DNA from: Macrostomum lignano
Taxonomy: Eukaryota
Reading direction: 5' to 3'
Assembly (NCBI GenBank): GCA_002269645.1
Contig: NIVC01000936.1
Location: forward strand, 1-64,000
DNA length: 64,000 nucleotides
The position numbers and the translations under genes were made by a program. The notes under the pieces were generated by a model that saw nothing but the letters and a program-made list of their open reading frames with translations, was not told the DNA's origin and ran no database searches. Positions 25,701-56,583 of this stretch are shown here, piece after piece; position 1 is the first letter of the stretch; each line of letters opens with the position of its first letter.

Positions 25701-28243
25701 AAATAATATCTTCGCTGTTTTACAGGTAAACTTACATTTTTATAATCTTGTAATGATGTGTGAGCAAATGCAGTTTATTTAATATTTAAACTTAACTAAA
25801 CAGTTTTCTATAAACTCCCGCCTTGACTCAATCAATCTGACCTTCCAACACTCCGACGGGCCAGCAGTCTGCAGCCAAATTTGACTGCACTGAGTGCGGC
25901 AGGTCCTTCAGCTCCACTGCCAACCTCGTTAAGCACAGCGTGGTTCACTCCAACGATTCGGTTAGTTGCAAGCTCTGCCATCGCGAATTCCGCATGCCCT
26001 GCCATTTAGCGCGCCACTTCTGCGAGGCTCAGAAGCAACAGGAACAGCAGCAGCAGCTCCAATCTGAAGTGTGTCCGTCGACTTCTGTACAGGTGATCCC
26101 AGAAACTGGCAGCAGCCACCGCTGCGATATGTGCCATCGGACATTCCAGTACGCTGATAATCTGACTGTCCATCGTCGGTTCTGCCAGCAGCACGGCACC
26201 TCTGCTCTTCCAAACAGCCGCGGCGACCTCGGACAGCAGGACGAGGAGGAATCGGATGAGGCCGCCTCTGGCCAGATGCTGCTGCTGGACTGCGAAGACG
26301 AGGAGCACGAGTGCTCGATGTGCAACGAGACTTTCACTGATAGGGCGTCGCTCGACCGGCACACCGCCGTCTGCAGTCTGAATAAAGTTGCTCAGCAGCA
26401 GGTCAGACAGCGGCAGATGCCGCCACCGGCGCCGCCTCAGCAGCAGCCCTCTGTTGCTAGGTAAGACTGACAAGAAGACAGATAGGCAAGCATCTAAGAC
26501 ACTAAGAAATTATACCAAAAAACCGAGTCTAATATGTAAAAAATGCACGCAACCCGCAGGAGCCTCATGGGTCTGACTGGCCCAACTGACTCGCGACCCC
26601 AGCAGCCGCTGCAGCGAGTAACTACCCAGCCGGAGCGCGAGCGAGTCCCCTGCCCGAACTGCGGCAAGACCTACTGCCGAAAAGATGTGCTGGAGGCCCA
26701 CTTGCGAACCAGCTGTCGTGGCACCAGGAGCTTTGCCGGAGCCGACGCTCCACCAGCCGCAAAAGCGCCTCGTCTGAACCCGGCGCAACACCAGCCGCTG
26801 GCTTTTCCCTGCGACATCTGTCCGTCGCAGTTCTCCTCCTCGCTAGGCCTGGTTGTCCACCGGTCTAAGTGTCATCCGCAGTTCTACGGACCGAGTCATC
26901 GGCGGGCTGCGGCTGCTGCTGCGGCTGCCGCGGCTGCTGCCACTGCTGCCATGACTCCTTCGTCAGCTAACGCCGCTGCTTCAACGCCTACGCTGCCCTC
27001 AACAGCTGATCAGGGTCCGCTGCTGTCCCTGCCGCATCGGTGCTCGCAGTGTCCTCGGGCCTTTCTCACTGCCGGCCGCCTGCGGGACCATCTGGCTAGC
27101 GTGCATTCTAATCTAGTCGTCATTCAGAACCATGCCGCTGATGAAGCCGAGGCAGGGGAGGAAGAGGCTGCAGAAATTCCCGGCAGTCTGGTTCTGGCCG
27201 ATGCTGCTAATGGAAAAGATGAGTCCTTATCCTTGTCGCCGCCGCAGCCGGCTCAGTCGAGCTCGGAGCAGCGGTTTGACAATAAATCAGCCATCGATGC
27301 TGGAGACGCGTCCGACAGAGACGATTATCATCAGCACTTCGAGATTATCGATGACATTGAGGTGAGGCGGACTCAATAAGTTGATCTTGTGCTCAATTTT
27401 TAAGATTGCTCTTCAGATTAGAAATTTTCCATTAAAAACTTGCGCCGAGCTGTTTCGGCTATTGTCAAAATGTCAACTAAGATTTTCTGCGGCGTTGTAG
27501 TTGGCAATGATTGACGTTGCTGCAGGGGGGCAATGACCCAACAGACTTCCAAGAGTTCCTGCGATGGAAATCCCCGGTAGTTTGGGAGTTAATTTCACTT
27601 TGAGCCCCAGGTGCCAGTAGCCAGCTGGAAAACAGGATTTCTAAGAAAAGCAAAAATCCTGCGTTGCATCGACTCAAATTTATTTTTGGCTCGTTTCATC
27701 ATCGGTTAACAAACAATCGAAATTCGAATGACGATGACGCAACAATTTTATTTTCTCCATCAGTTCGCCGATGCCGAGGCCTATCTGTGCTCAGAGTGCG
27801 GCGGCTCCTATCCGACATTCGAACTACTCAATCGGCACTTAAAGGAGGCTCACGAGATCGACTCTGTGACGCCCGAGCCTCCGAAAGTAAGTTTCCGGAA
27901 GGGGTGGGGCAGGGCAGCTCAGCGGTGAACGCGCATCCGACTCTCGTGCCACGACCCCTGGTTTGATTCCGTGCTCGGTGACGTGATCATTTGGGACTTG
28001 TTCACGAAATTGGCCGGCGGGTTATGCCAAGTTTGTGAAGCTTGATAAAAGCTTTGTGTGAAAATCTTGAGAATTTCATATAGCATACATTTATTAATTC
28101 CTATAATCTTGAATTGTATTCAGGTGAGACAATCGTCACCGGTGGAGGAGAGCAGGCCTGAGTACGAGTTCATGGTCGCGCCGATGGCAACTGTGCCTAC
28201 TGGAGCAAGGAAGAGAAAGTCTGCACCCTTCTCCATTAATTAG
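22706..28243 (+). CDS. Large multi-C2H2 zinc-finger protein; exons 22706-25197 (one frameshift at ~24324), 25868-26460, 26560-27361, 27764-27886, 28124-28243
   Basis: More than 15 CxxC...HxxxH motifs. GT-AG junctions are phase-compatible (CAT|GTGAGT, CTAG|GTAAGA, GAG|GTGAGG, AAA|GTAAGT). Adding one base at ~24324 restores the finger CGECGRVFDKPSSLSQHLRIH. Confidence 0.85.
27908..27985 (+). mobile_element. tRNA-like SINE head in the last intron of the zinc-finger gene
   Basis: A-box AGCTCAGCGG and B-box GGTTTGATTCC at tRNA-like spacing; stems are incomplete. Confidence 0.45.
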
Positions 28244-29251
28244 ATGTTTAATTAGCAACTCATTAGCTTACTTTTACTGACAGTTTGTTGAAGAAAAGGC
28301 AAAAACAACATATCTAAACTGCTAAATTTCGACTCGTGACGATATGTACTTTACAATGTACACTACAATATGTACTTTACAATTTTTGCGATATGTACTT
28401 TACAATGAACCCCATTCCCTTCGTACATTTCTATTCGTTGTAGCATGTACATTCAAATATTCTCTCCACTTCCCGCGTACTCTCGGTCTGTTATCAATCC
28501 ACCCCATCCCTCCACCCCGCCTAACTCCCTGCCCTTTCTACGTCCATTGAAAAGCTATAAATAGAACGATGTACTTCTTCTAGTACACTGTACATTGTGG
28601 CGCGGGTTAGCCCAAGGAGCATTGTAAATGCGATATAGGAAATTATAGAAATTGTTTAAGTAAATCTAAAACAACCGTTTGAAATTTTCGCTAATTCTTT
28701 CGTTTAGTTGCAATTGTCTAACTAATGCACTTCTTCATGCGCTGGCGTGCTAAAAAACAACTGATTATTCTGGCTTTTGTTTAAATTTAACTAGATGCGA
28801 GTTTTTTTGCCAACTATAAATCTATGTATCAAGTGGCATTCCAGCTATACTTATGTGTTTCAGTTTGTTTAAATCAATGCGGTTTAGGTCCATGTCGTTT
28901 TGTTCTGCCAATGCTTTATTAAGAATTCCTATATAATAAGCTATACTGACTATACTTGCTACTACACTTATTGAGTTTTATATCTCAAAAATCCAAGATT
29001 AGCATTTGAGAGACTGCAGTTTACTTCGCTTTTGCATGACAAACAATCGTCTGTAATGGAACACTGTTTATTATATCTATCTATTAGTTCAATATTGATA
29101 TCACTACTGGTTTAAATGCTGTCGTTTTTTAGTTATTTTCAACTAACTGTTATTGTTGATAAAATAAAGTGCTGTGCTAGCCCAAAAGTTGCATTGTATT
29201 TCATAATAAATAAGCAGCTTTGCGTGCAGTGCTACTAATCAGATAGCGTAG

Positions 29252-47362
<18,111 letters not shown>

Positions 47363-49314
47363 CGGCCGTCACACCCGGAGGTCGCTGAGCAACTAAGCAG
47401 TGCTGTTATAGGTGTATATCAAATAAAGTTCTGCAGTTTAACTGAGAGACCCACGGAGAGTAAAGTTGACACTTTAGCTAATAGTTGGTGTGCAGACAGG
47501 ACGAGCTGTTTATAAGCGTAAACAGCTAGCTATAGCTGTCTCGGTGTTCGGGTGTTTTTCTGTTTCGCTTTTTTAGCATTTCTCTGCATATAATGAATCT
47601 GTAACGTATTCGTAGACGCACGTACTCGCGCACAACCGCCCCCTTTTAGGCGTGTCAAGAGTTGAGTTGATGAACGCACCTGCACCTGCACACTACACAC
47701 TTCTGTGAATTAGAGCTGACAGGAGACAGACGGCGAGAGAATCAGAATGGATAAATTTAGGCTGTAAAGTGTGCCAATAAAATGTTGTTTGCCTTGGAAT
47801 GACTTGCTATTGGCACATTTTAGTTTCGCGGACTTGGCCGTCTTTTTTGCCGAAAGAAGAATTGCTGTGCCTTTTTCTCTTATGCAAATTTGAAACTTGG
47901 TCTTTATAAATAGATCGGACCAGCACATACTGTACATGCACAGCACACGTAGGACCACTAAGATTGAGCTGCATTCCAACAGTTTCAACAATTTTGTTTG
48001 CTAAACGCGGTTCTACATTCTACAAGCTCTACTATTAGTAGAGAATAAATATATAGCTGCAGTTCATTCGAGTCTTTTTTCTTTGACTTCACGAAAATTG
48101 CACATTTTTTCAGAGTTCTGCTTCGTCTTTTCATGTAAAGCTATTAGAACCAGTGATGACATCTGGTAGAAATAAAAGTTGCGGCAAGACTACTGACAAA
48201 TTCGAGCTCAGTAGTTTACAAGCACTTTATAGCTGTTTTGCGCGCTAATTAGACTATAACATAATTACTCATATTATATCATATATTACCTTTGAGAATG
48301 TGTATCGGTATGTAAGATCTTTGAACATAGTTAATTTGTTCTAAACATTCCATATTTATTTATTTATTATTTAGCATAGTTTCGCATAACAGAATGAGTT
48401 CCAAAAACAGAGATATTATATATTTACTCAACGTGACAACATAAATAGTCGATATATAATCGAAGGAAACAGACAGAAGGTTGGGTTTATTTAAATGACA
48501 CCAGAGCAAGGAACGGAAAGTTTTAAACAAATCATTGCGGGGTTTGTTGTGGCCAAATAAAGACACTGGGTGAGTTCCGATAGATTTCAATATTACAAAT
48601 AAGAAAAGTAATTATTGCAGCCCCTGATTGACTGGGCGCTACTATATAATAATATGGCTATTACTAGACCCAGTTTTAAACGGGATGGCATTTATTTTGG
48701 TTAGCATTGGCACAATTATTGCGCACGGGCCTGGGATCAGTGTGGCAATTATGTTTTATATTGTGAAGCATGGAAACTTGTGCCTCCGATTGCAACCAAA
48801 AAATGTGTGTAAAAATTAGGCTTAAGCGTGTATTAATTAGAATCATTCTAACAAATAAATAACAATAATGAACGTATAAAAAACTTTCCCTTTTTAACTA
48901 ACAAGCAGTCGGGGCTCAGAGTGACAAAATGTCCGCTGGATGGAGAGAAAAGGAGTAAAAAATCATTAAGCAACGTTAATTAAGTCTAGCTACTTACTAT
49001 ATTGGGAGTATTATTAATAACAACGATAGATAATAGCTGATCCACCAGGTGTAATTAGTTCTACCACATCTATGCCAGGATAGGGACAAATATTGTGCGG
49101 TACGAGAGAGAGATGGCTATTCGACACAGGAAAGCAGACGGAGGGAGTTGCAGTTACACGGGGCCGCTGGAAATGCCGTTTTGCGTGTCAATTTATTCAG
49201 CCAAAATTTTGTTGCGTGAGCTCGAAATTGAAATTTGAGAACTATTTATAAACTAGTTGGAGTGCCAGCCGCCCAGCCGCAAATCCAGAGGCCCTAGGCA
49301 ACGGAAGCCGCTCT

Positions 49315-51074
49315 CTACAGCTCGTCCTTGGCGTCCTTCTTGTCGTCCTCCTTCTTGTCCGCCTCCTTCTTGTCGCCCTCCTCGGCCTTCTTCTTCTCCT
49401 CCTCCTCTTTGCGCTTCTTCTCCTCTTCCTCCGCCTTCTTCTTGTCCTCTTCGTCCTGCTTCTCCTTCATCTTCTTCTCGCCTTCGACGGTCTTCTTGAA
49501 GGTCTCGTCGGCGAAGGCCTTGGCCTCGGCCGGGTCGTCGCCAACGAAGACGTTGTCGAAGATGGAGCCAGATTTCACCTGCCACAGGTCGAAGCCGATG
49601 GCGCCGATGTCGGTGTACTTGTACAGCTCGGGGTCCGGCGAGTAGTCCGGGTTGTCAATCTCCGGGTGGATCCACTTGCCCTTGTAGGCCGGGTTGTCAA
49701 TCTGCTTGGGCTTCCAGTCGCCCTTGTAGTCCGGGTTGTCAATCATCGGCGGCTCCCATTCGCCGTCCATCTCGTCGTCCCAGTCGTCCGGCTTCTTGGC
49801 CTTGGGATCCGGGATGGTCTTGGGCTTGTCCCAGTCCTCCGGCTTCTTGTCGTTCGGGTCGTCGATTTTCTCGCGCTCGTCCCAGTCGTCTGGCTTCTTG
49901 GCGGCCGGATCCTTGATCTTCTTGGGTGGCAGGAAGTCCCAGTCGGCCTCAAGTTCTCCACCTTCGGCTCGCTCGTTGTCAATCAGCACCTCGTAGGTGT
50001 TGTCAGGCTTCACAATCAGGGTGTACAGGTGGCTCAGCTCGTCATCCTTGCAGCGAATCTCCTTCTTGGTGAGCAAATTCTTGCCCTTGTAGTTGAAGAT
50101 AACGTGCACCTTCTTAGTGCCAGGGCCACAAATATCAGGACCAAACATGATCTTGTAGGGTGTGTCGCCGTGGAAGTTCTTCTGGTCAACATCGCTGCCA
50201 AGGACTTTGACATAGCCACCACCGCAGTCAATGTTCTGCTCATGCTTGACCTGGAATTGGATCACCAGAGTCTTGCCAGCATTGGAGAATGGAGAGTTGA
50301 ACTTGGCACTGATGCCATAAAATTTGGCATCCTGGGAGGTTTTTATTCCCTTGTCCTTTTCAGCATCATTGTAGAACTTGCCAGCAGTCCATTCCCATTT
50401 GCCTTGGTCATTACCCTTGTAGGTTGACTCTACCCACCGATCCTTCCATGACTCTAAAATAAATATTTTGTGAAGACATATTAGCAAAGCCTATAATTAA
50501 AATTAAAAGAAAAAAATAAATATTTAAATCAAAGGATTTTACATTAGGAGAAAGATAGAGATATGTAAAGATATGCAATATATATACAAATAATCTTTAA
50601 GGAAACAAAAAAATTGTGAATTTATAAAATAATCTTATATATATTACAATTAAAGTAGCTAGCTAGAAACCTATACTTCCTTTCTCTCTCATACTCAATG
50701 AAAGAAGCCTTTTTAATGAATTATCTTTCAAAAACTATAAAAAAGTAAAGCAGTAACCACAGTTTATTCTTTTAGAACAAAATTCAAAGATAACACAAGG
50801 GGGTTATTTTAACTGCTTGAATGTGCAAAGTTAAAAAGAATGGAATGATTTCAATAATTTTTTAGTTACTTCAATATTCTGATATGGTTGAAATGAAGAA
50901 ACGACAAGACAATGCCCTATTCTAGTATTGCAGCAACACAAGGGAATTTGAGAATCTAAACAAAATAAACGTCAGAGCGAGAACTAACTTACCATCTAAA
51001 AATTCCTCCTTGAAGTAAACTTCACCGCATGCGAGAGCAAGCAGAGCAAATGCCAAAAAGCTCGACAGCCACAT
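49315..51074 (-). CDS. CALR: Calreticulin, 406 aa, 2 exons (51074-50993, 50453-49315)
   Basis: Signal peptide MWLSSFLAFALLALACG, EVYFKEEF, KHEQNIDCGGGYVK, IMFGPDICG, P-domain KPEDWD repeats, acidic tail and C-terminal KDEL. Confidence 0.98.
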
Positions 51075-51212
51075 ATTAACGTAAGAATTTCAATCAAAAT
51101 ATAGTTTTAACAGGACACACACTAACGCAAAATACTAGGAGGGGAATTGGTAAAGAAATATCTAGATTTCTTTCGGTTGACGCATTTAAGTTGAAATTCG
51201 TAGCGTGTTTTG

Positions 51213-51231
51213 CATGGCGGCTGTTGATTGG
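51213..51231 (-). promoter_or_regulatory. ERSE-like element CCAAT-N9-CCATG upstream of calreticulin
   Basis: One mismatch to the ERSE consensus CCAAT-N9-CCACG, ~140 bp upstream of the ATG. Confidence 0.5.
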
Positions 51232-51657
51232 TTGGGCAACACTGTCTTCAATGTGGTAGTAATACATGAACATTTTCGTGTTTTACGACAATTATTTACT
51301 TAAAACATGGAGTAAGCCTCGGATACCGGAGCATACGTCAACTAATATTTAAAAGGAAGTAAAAATATTTTCGCTCTATGAATAAGAAGTGCAAGTAAAT
51401 TAATATTAAAAAGACTAAAAGTATTTAAACTGAATATCTTAAGGTAAATGGAAATCAAAAGAGAAAAAGAGTAAAAGACGAATGAGTCTAGGCATGGTAT
51501 ATGGTTATCGCTACAGGCCTACACTCTCGTCGTTTGTCGGGCTAACAAACATGTACCAACCCCACTTTGATTCTCTTTTTAGTCTCCTCTACTGGCTATA
51601 TACGACTTGCATGTGCATTTACGACAGAAGGTTTGTGAATTACATGTACTGTTGTAG

Positions 51658-51907
51658 CAGGGGCGTCACAAGATTGATTTTATGGTGGGGGACAAATTAA
51701 GCCGCAAGAATTATACATTTTAACATTTTAAATTATTTTTAGAATCGGTGTTGTCAGCGCTCATTTGGCGTCGCAGGTATTTTTTTGCGCTGCAGGAACT
51801 CGTATTTGGTGCCGCAGGCGCTATATATTTGTCGCCCTGAAGCAAATATTAACTTTCACGGGGGGGACACATGATCCCCATCCCCCCCCCACGTGGCGAC
51901 GCCCTTG
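51658..51907. mobile_element. MITE-like non-autonomous element, 250 bp
   Basis: Imperfect TIRs CAGGGGCGTCAC / GCGACGCCCTTG; no clear TSD. Confidence 0.5.
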
Positions 51908-53699
51908 AGTTATAGGTCTTAAATGGTCTGCTACATATCTACATGTACATGCATAATATAGTGCAGCATCAGCTATCCCACGCTGTTTTTTTCTCACGTT
52001 GTTGTCCTGAAAGTATAGTCCACTTTATGAGTGAATCACATAGATGGTATACATGCAAAATCAATACACGCACACGTAATTATGGTCGAAATTAATATTG
52101 ATCAGTGATCATTTAAGCAACATATGAGCCAACCAGTGAGACAAATTTTAAAAACTTCTTGCATGCATTATTGAATGTATTAAAATTCTAGTCGGGGTTG
52201 CTTGTCAAATCATGCAGGCAAAAGGAATGCAAAAATCAGTTAAGTAACTCGTTGACTTCAGAAAAATAACAATGAAAGAACAACTTGTATTATTATAATA
52301 AAACTTTATGTGTATTTATTTAGTTTCAGACCTGCGAAACAAACTGAAAACGCACAAAAGGAAAATATTTTACAGATATTAGCTGGATTACTGCTCCTGG
52401 CAACAGTGAATCAGAGCCATGAATTGGCTGTTCATAATAGTAAGGTATATTTATTTTGCCTTCACGTGTATGTATTATTACGAGTACTACTACTGATACG
52501 AACAATAGAAGTAGAAAATAGATAGAAAAAGTACTCTAAATAAGGCAAATAAATTGAAGTAACGCTTTAGTATTAGGATAACGTATAAATGCCAGAATTT
52601 TCTACACTGATGGTAGCATACGCGCTAGCACACACACCTAAGCGATACGAGCTACAAAGCATTTTTGCAGGTTTGAATTTGCAACGTACGCACTTAGCAG
52701 TACTTGGGGAATTAAACAATAAAATAAATCTTTCACAAAAAGCGAAGACGGACTAAATTACTGCTGAATATCCAAAATACAGCTAACTATATAGCAATCC
52801 ACTAGCTACTAAGTATGGAGACTTTCAGGTGTAGCAAAGACACAGCTGGAACTGGAGTAAATATATCTGCCATACAAACAGAATATAGGATAGTAAAAAA
52901 CAACGGGATTGTGCCAAACTAGGGGGGGACTAGACAGGCAGAATGAGCATAACTATTTAATTTGTCACAGTCGTAATTCTTGGAAGCATTTTTACTGTTT
53001 TGGATAGTAATTAAATTTGCATGGTGGCATTAATACAAGTATTAATATGCTGTTGCGGAATTAAAGTTTTGAAGTAGCCTTGCCCGGCAAAGCAAACCAA
53101 ATGTTGCCAGCAGTTTCGATCTTGAAAAAAAAACAAATCGACGAAGCGAGCCGATTGGCTGACAGTTTAAAGTACAAAAATGAAATAAAATAGCTTGATA
53201 AGTGCTATGCGTACTTGTAGCAAGCCGGGTTAGGGTCAGCACTCGCAAGAAATTAGTATGTTTAAGAAACAAAAAAATATGAAAGATTAGGCTTGGGAAA
53301 AATAATACAAGACAAAAAGTACGGGAAAATCAGTTATTAGTTTAATTACGTTAGGTAGAAATGAAAAGCCACGAAACTGGTAGACTACTTAGAAGTAGTA
53401 TTATTAATAGTAGTACACAAGAATTAAAAATGAAGGTTAATTTTCTTCTGCATTAACTAATCAGTCTACACCACTGGATGCAGAGACCTATTCAACCAAG
53501 TACCTTCAGTCTCAGTTCTAGCCCAGGTCAGTTCAGCTATGCAAATTAATTATCACGCCGTATTTCCGTATGACATTCGACGCAAGATCAACATTACACA
53601 TAAAACTATATACGCTTTAGTAGTATATATAGGGCATGCGGTTGATCAAAGTCAAAGCTTGAGCTGTTCCATCATTCCTTAACAGGATAAATATATTAA

Positions 53700-54808
53700 T
53701 TAGGCCTTCTGATCCGACTCCAGTCCATCCGACTCTTGTGGATTCTGATCTTCTTCACCATTCTGCTCATCCTCCTCCTGCTGTTGCTGCTTGTACGAGG
53801 CGGCCTCGGCGACAAACTGCCTGTCCATCATTGTCTTCAGGTTGCCCTCGGTGAGGGTCAGGCGCTGCTCCAGTATGGCTACAGTCTGAGGGAAGGCATT
53901 GATAAATTATAGTGTTTTGGTTGTTACTACTACTTCTACTACTAATACTACTACTACAACTACTTACTAGTACTATTACTACTACTAATGCTAATACTAC
54001 CGCGACTACTATAACCACAACCCTGATTTACACTGGTCGTGTGGCTTACTTTTTTGACCAAAAATGCGACTTACCCGTCAAAGAAACTCTAAAGCAAAAA
54101 TTAAAAGCAATTTTAAGTAAACGGCGAAAGTAACTATGACTGTCTTATTGAGGCTAAATGCTTCGTCATCTAATTAGTACTACATCTATATTTTTGCGAT
54201 TTACCTTGGCTGGGTCCCTTCCCTTGCCAGCCGGCCGAATGTTGCGCATGCATGACTATAATTACTACTAACTGATACTACTGATGCATCATGCATCTAC
54301 ACAGTTCTCACGGTTTGGGACACATCTTCAGCAGCAGAACTGTCCCTTCATGTTTCTATTCTGCTCATATTTGGACACAAGACACATTGAGCATTGCACA
54401 CAAGAGAGGACATACCTGAGTCAGGATGTCCAGCCTGCGCAGGATGTGCTCCAACGCGCTCATGATGATTGGCGGAACCCCGACAGCCCCGGCGGCGCCG
54501 CAGCCACCAACGCTGCCATAGACAACGGCATCAGCCGGACTGCCCGAAGCTGTGGTTGGCGGAGGCGGCGGCGGTAGCTGCATTGGCATCGGGCCATAGA
54601 CAGTGGACGGCCAGTAGTGCATAACCGGCGGCTGCTGGTGCTGGTAGACCGGCTGGTGCTGGTGCGAGTAATAAACCGGGTAGCCTTGGTGAGCAGCCTC
54701 GCCAATTGGGCCATTCCGATCCATGCCCGGCTGCTGAGCCTCCACACCGTTGCCATTGACGCCAAGGGTTGCTGGGCGCGCAGCCATCTGCTGCTTGCCT
54801 GGAGCCAT
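53700..54808 (-). CDS. 192-aa protein with a Pro/Gln-rich N-terminus and the POC1 C-terminal coiled-coil domain, no WD40 repeats; exons 54808-54416 and 53885-53700
   Basis: A phase-0 GT-AG intron joins IMSALEHILRRLDILTQ to [23 protein letters not shown], matching POC1A [32 protein letters not shown] (recalled). Confidence 0.8.
53925..54012. repeat. Degenerate (TAC)n tract in the intron of the POC1-domain gene
   Basis: Direct reading. Confidence 0.8.
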
Positions 54809-56386
54809 GAATTGTAAGAGTTTATGCTACTTGAAGTAGAAACAGCGATAATCTTTTTTTAATTAAAAGCACATTTAGGTTCCAATACTTCACCTAAATA
54901 ATCTTCAGATGAGAGTATGCTAAATATCTGATTATTGTCTTTATGGTAACTTTTTATTGTAATTATACTTATTTGAAAAAACTCATGGCAGCTTAACTTA
55001 TAAGCCAAGAGAGAAAATCAATGGGTTTGAAAAGGTGGTTCAAAATAATTATAAAAAGATATAATACACATAAGTTATTTCAGATTGCATTTCTAGAAAT
55101 TCACATAAACCACATAGTCCACAATACCTTAGCAATTTCAAATATTTTAGATACATCAAGATTCTATGCCCCCAGCCTACCATGCAAGAAACTCTTTAAA
55201 GTTTTTAAATTTTAGTTTTCAACAGAAAGGGTTTTTACTAAATGACCACAGATTTAATCAAGTCAGTTAAAATTACAAAAATATAGATATCTATAGTCAA
55301 ACAAAATTTTTAGTAAGCTAATAAATAATTTGATTTAGTAGCAAAGGTCTGTAGATTTGCATTTTTATTCTAATATTAATCATCCATTGCTATAAAGACA
55401 ATATTATATATATATATACATATATCATTTATGCTATTAAATGGTACTTTAATGTCATATATCCGGCCAGAGCATTGCATATATAGTATTGCTCTTAGTC
55501 TATTCAAAAAGAATAAACTATTATAAAAAATATAGATCAAATGCTAAGAAGCATTGAAGATAACCACACAAGCCTATAGGCTTTTTGTAACCATAAAGCC
55601 TAAATCAATATAGCCAAATTGAATAGGAGTTATAAGACTGCATTTTATTAAGAAATACAAGTTGTTACAATGATAAGTCATTTTGGTAATAAACATTTTT
55701 GTGCCAATATATGGATATATTGAATATACTTATTTATAAAAGTAGCCTTAACTATTCACCTTAAAGTTAGGGCTTATTCCAAATTCCATATATGAGTTGT
55801 CTTTTTAAACTAAAAAAATTCAAGGCATATGCTGAAGCATATATTACAAGCTTATAAATAACCATGTTTTTTATTTCTATTAATATATCATTCTTATTAA
55901 AAAAGCTATAAGCATTTTGCTTTATTTCTATATATTATTTCTATTAATCTCTGTCTAAAGTTGTATACTAACCATTAATACCTATATAATTCTATTATAT
56001 AATAATATCAATAGACAATATTATATAATAGTTTCATTCTTTATATGGTACCATATAAATATTGCCAATGTTATTTACATGGTAACTAAAATAAATACCT
56101 TATAAATACTAGTTAGGCCCCCCTATCTTATATTATTAAGGATTACACAATATTTGTATTTGTATATTCTATTTTCATGAGTTTAAACTAATTAAGTAGA
56201 TAGAGTTTAGACATGATTTATTTGTTTACAGCTTAGCATTTCTTGCTAGCTTGCAGTAATAATACAAAGTATGAAATGTGTTTTAAAAGAAACAAATAAG
56301 AATGCAACTCATTTGTCTTTAAAAGGATAGATTTGTAGTTAAATGTTGCTAGACCATGGCTATTACACAGTAGGCCTATTTTATAG

Positions 56387-56583
56387 TAGCAGTTCTCAAC
56401 CTTTTTTAGGCAACCCTAATTTATTCATTTGCATTATTTTTTATATTTATGACCTTTTATAATCAATATAATGCATTATTAAATATGACATATTTACACA
56501 TTTCATAATCTTAGTGTTGCAACCCCTAGAAAATGGTCATGCAACCCTACTAGGGGTTGTGACCCACAGGTTGAGAACCACTG
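56387..56583. mobile_element. hAT/Charlie-type MITE, ~197 bp
   Basis: TIRs TAGCAGTTCTCAACC / GGTTGAGAACCACTG resemble CAGTGGTTCTCAACC hAT ends; the TSD is degraded. Confidence 0.65.
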
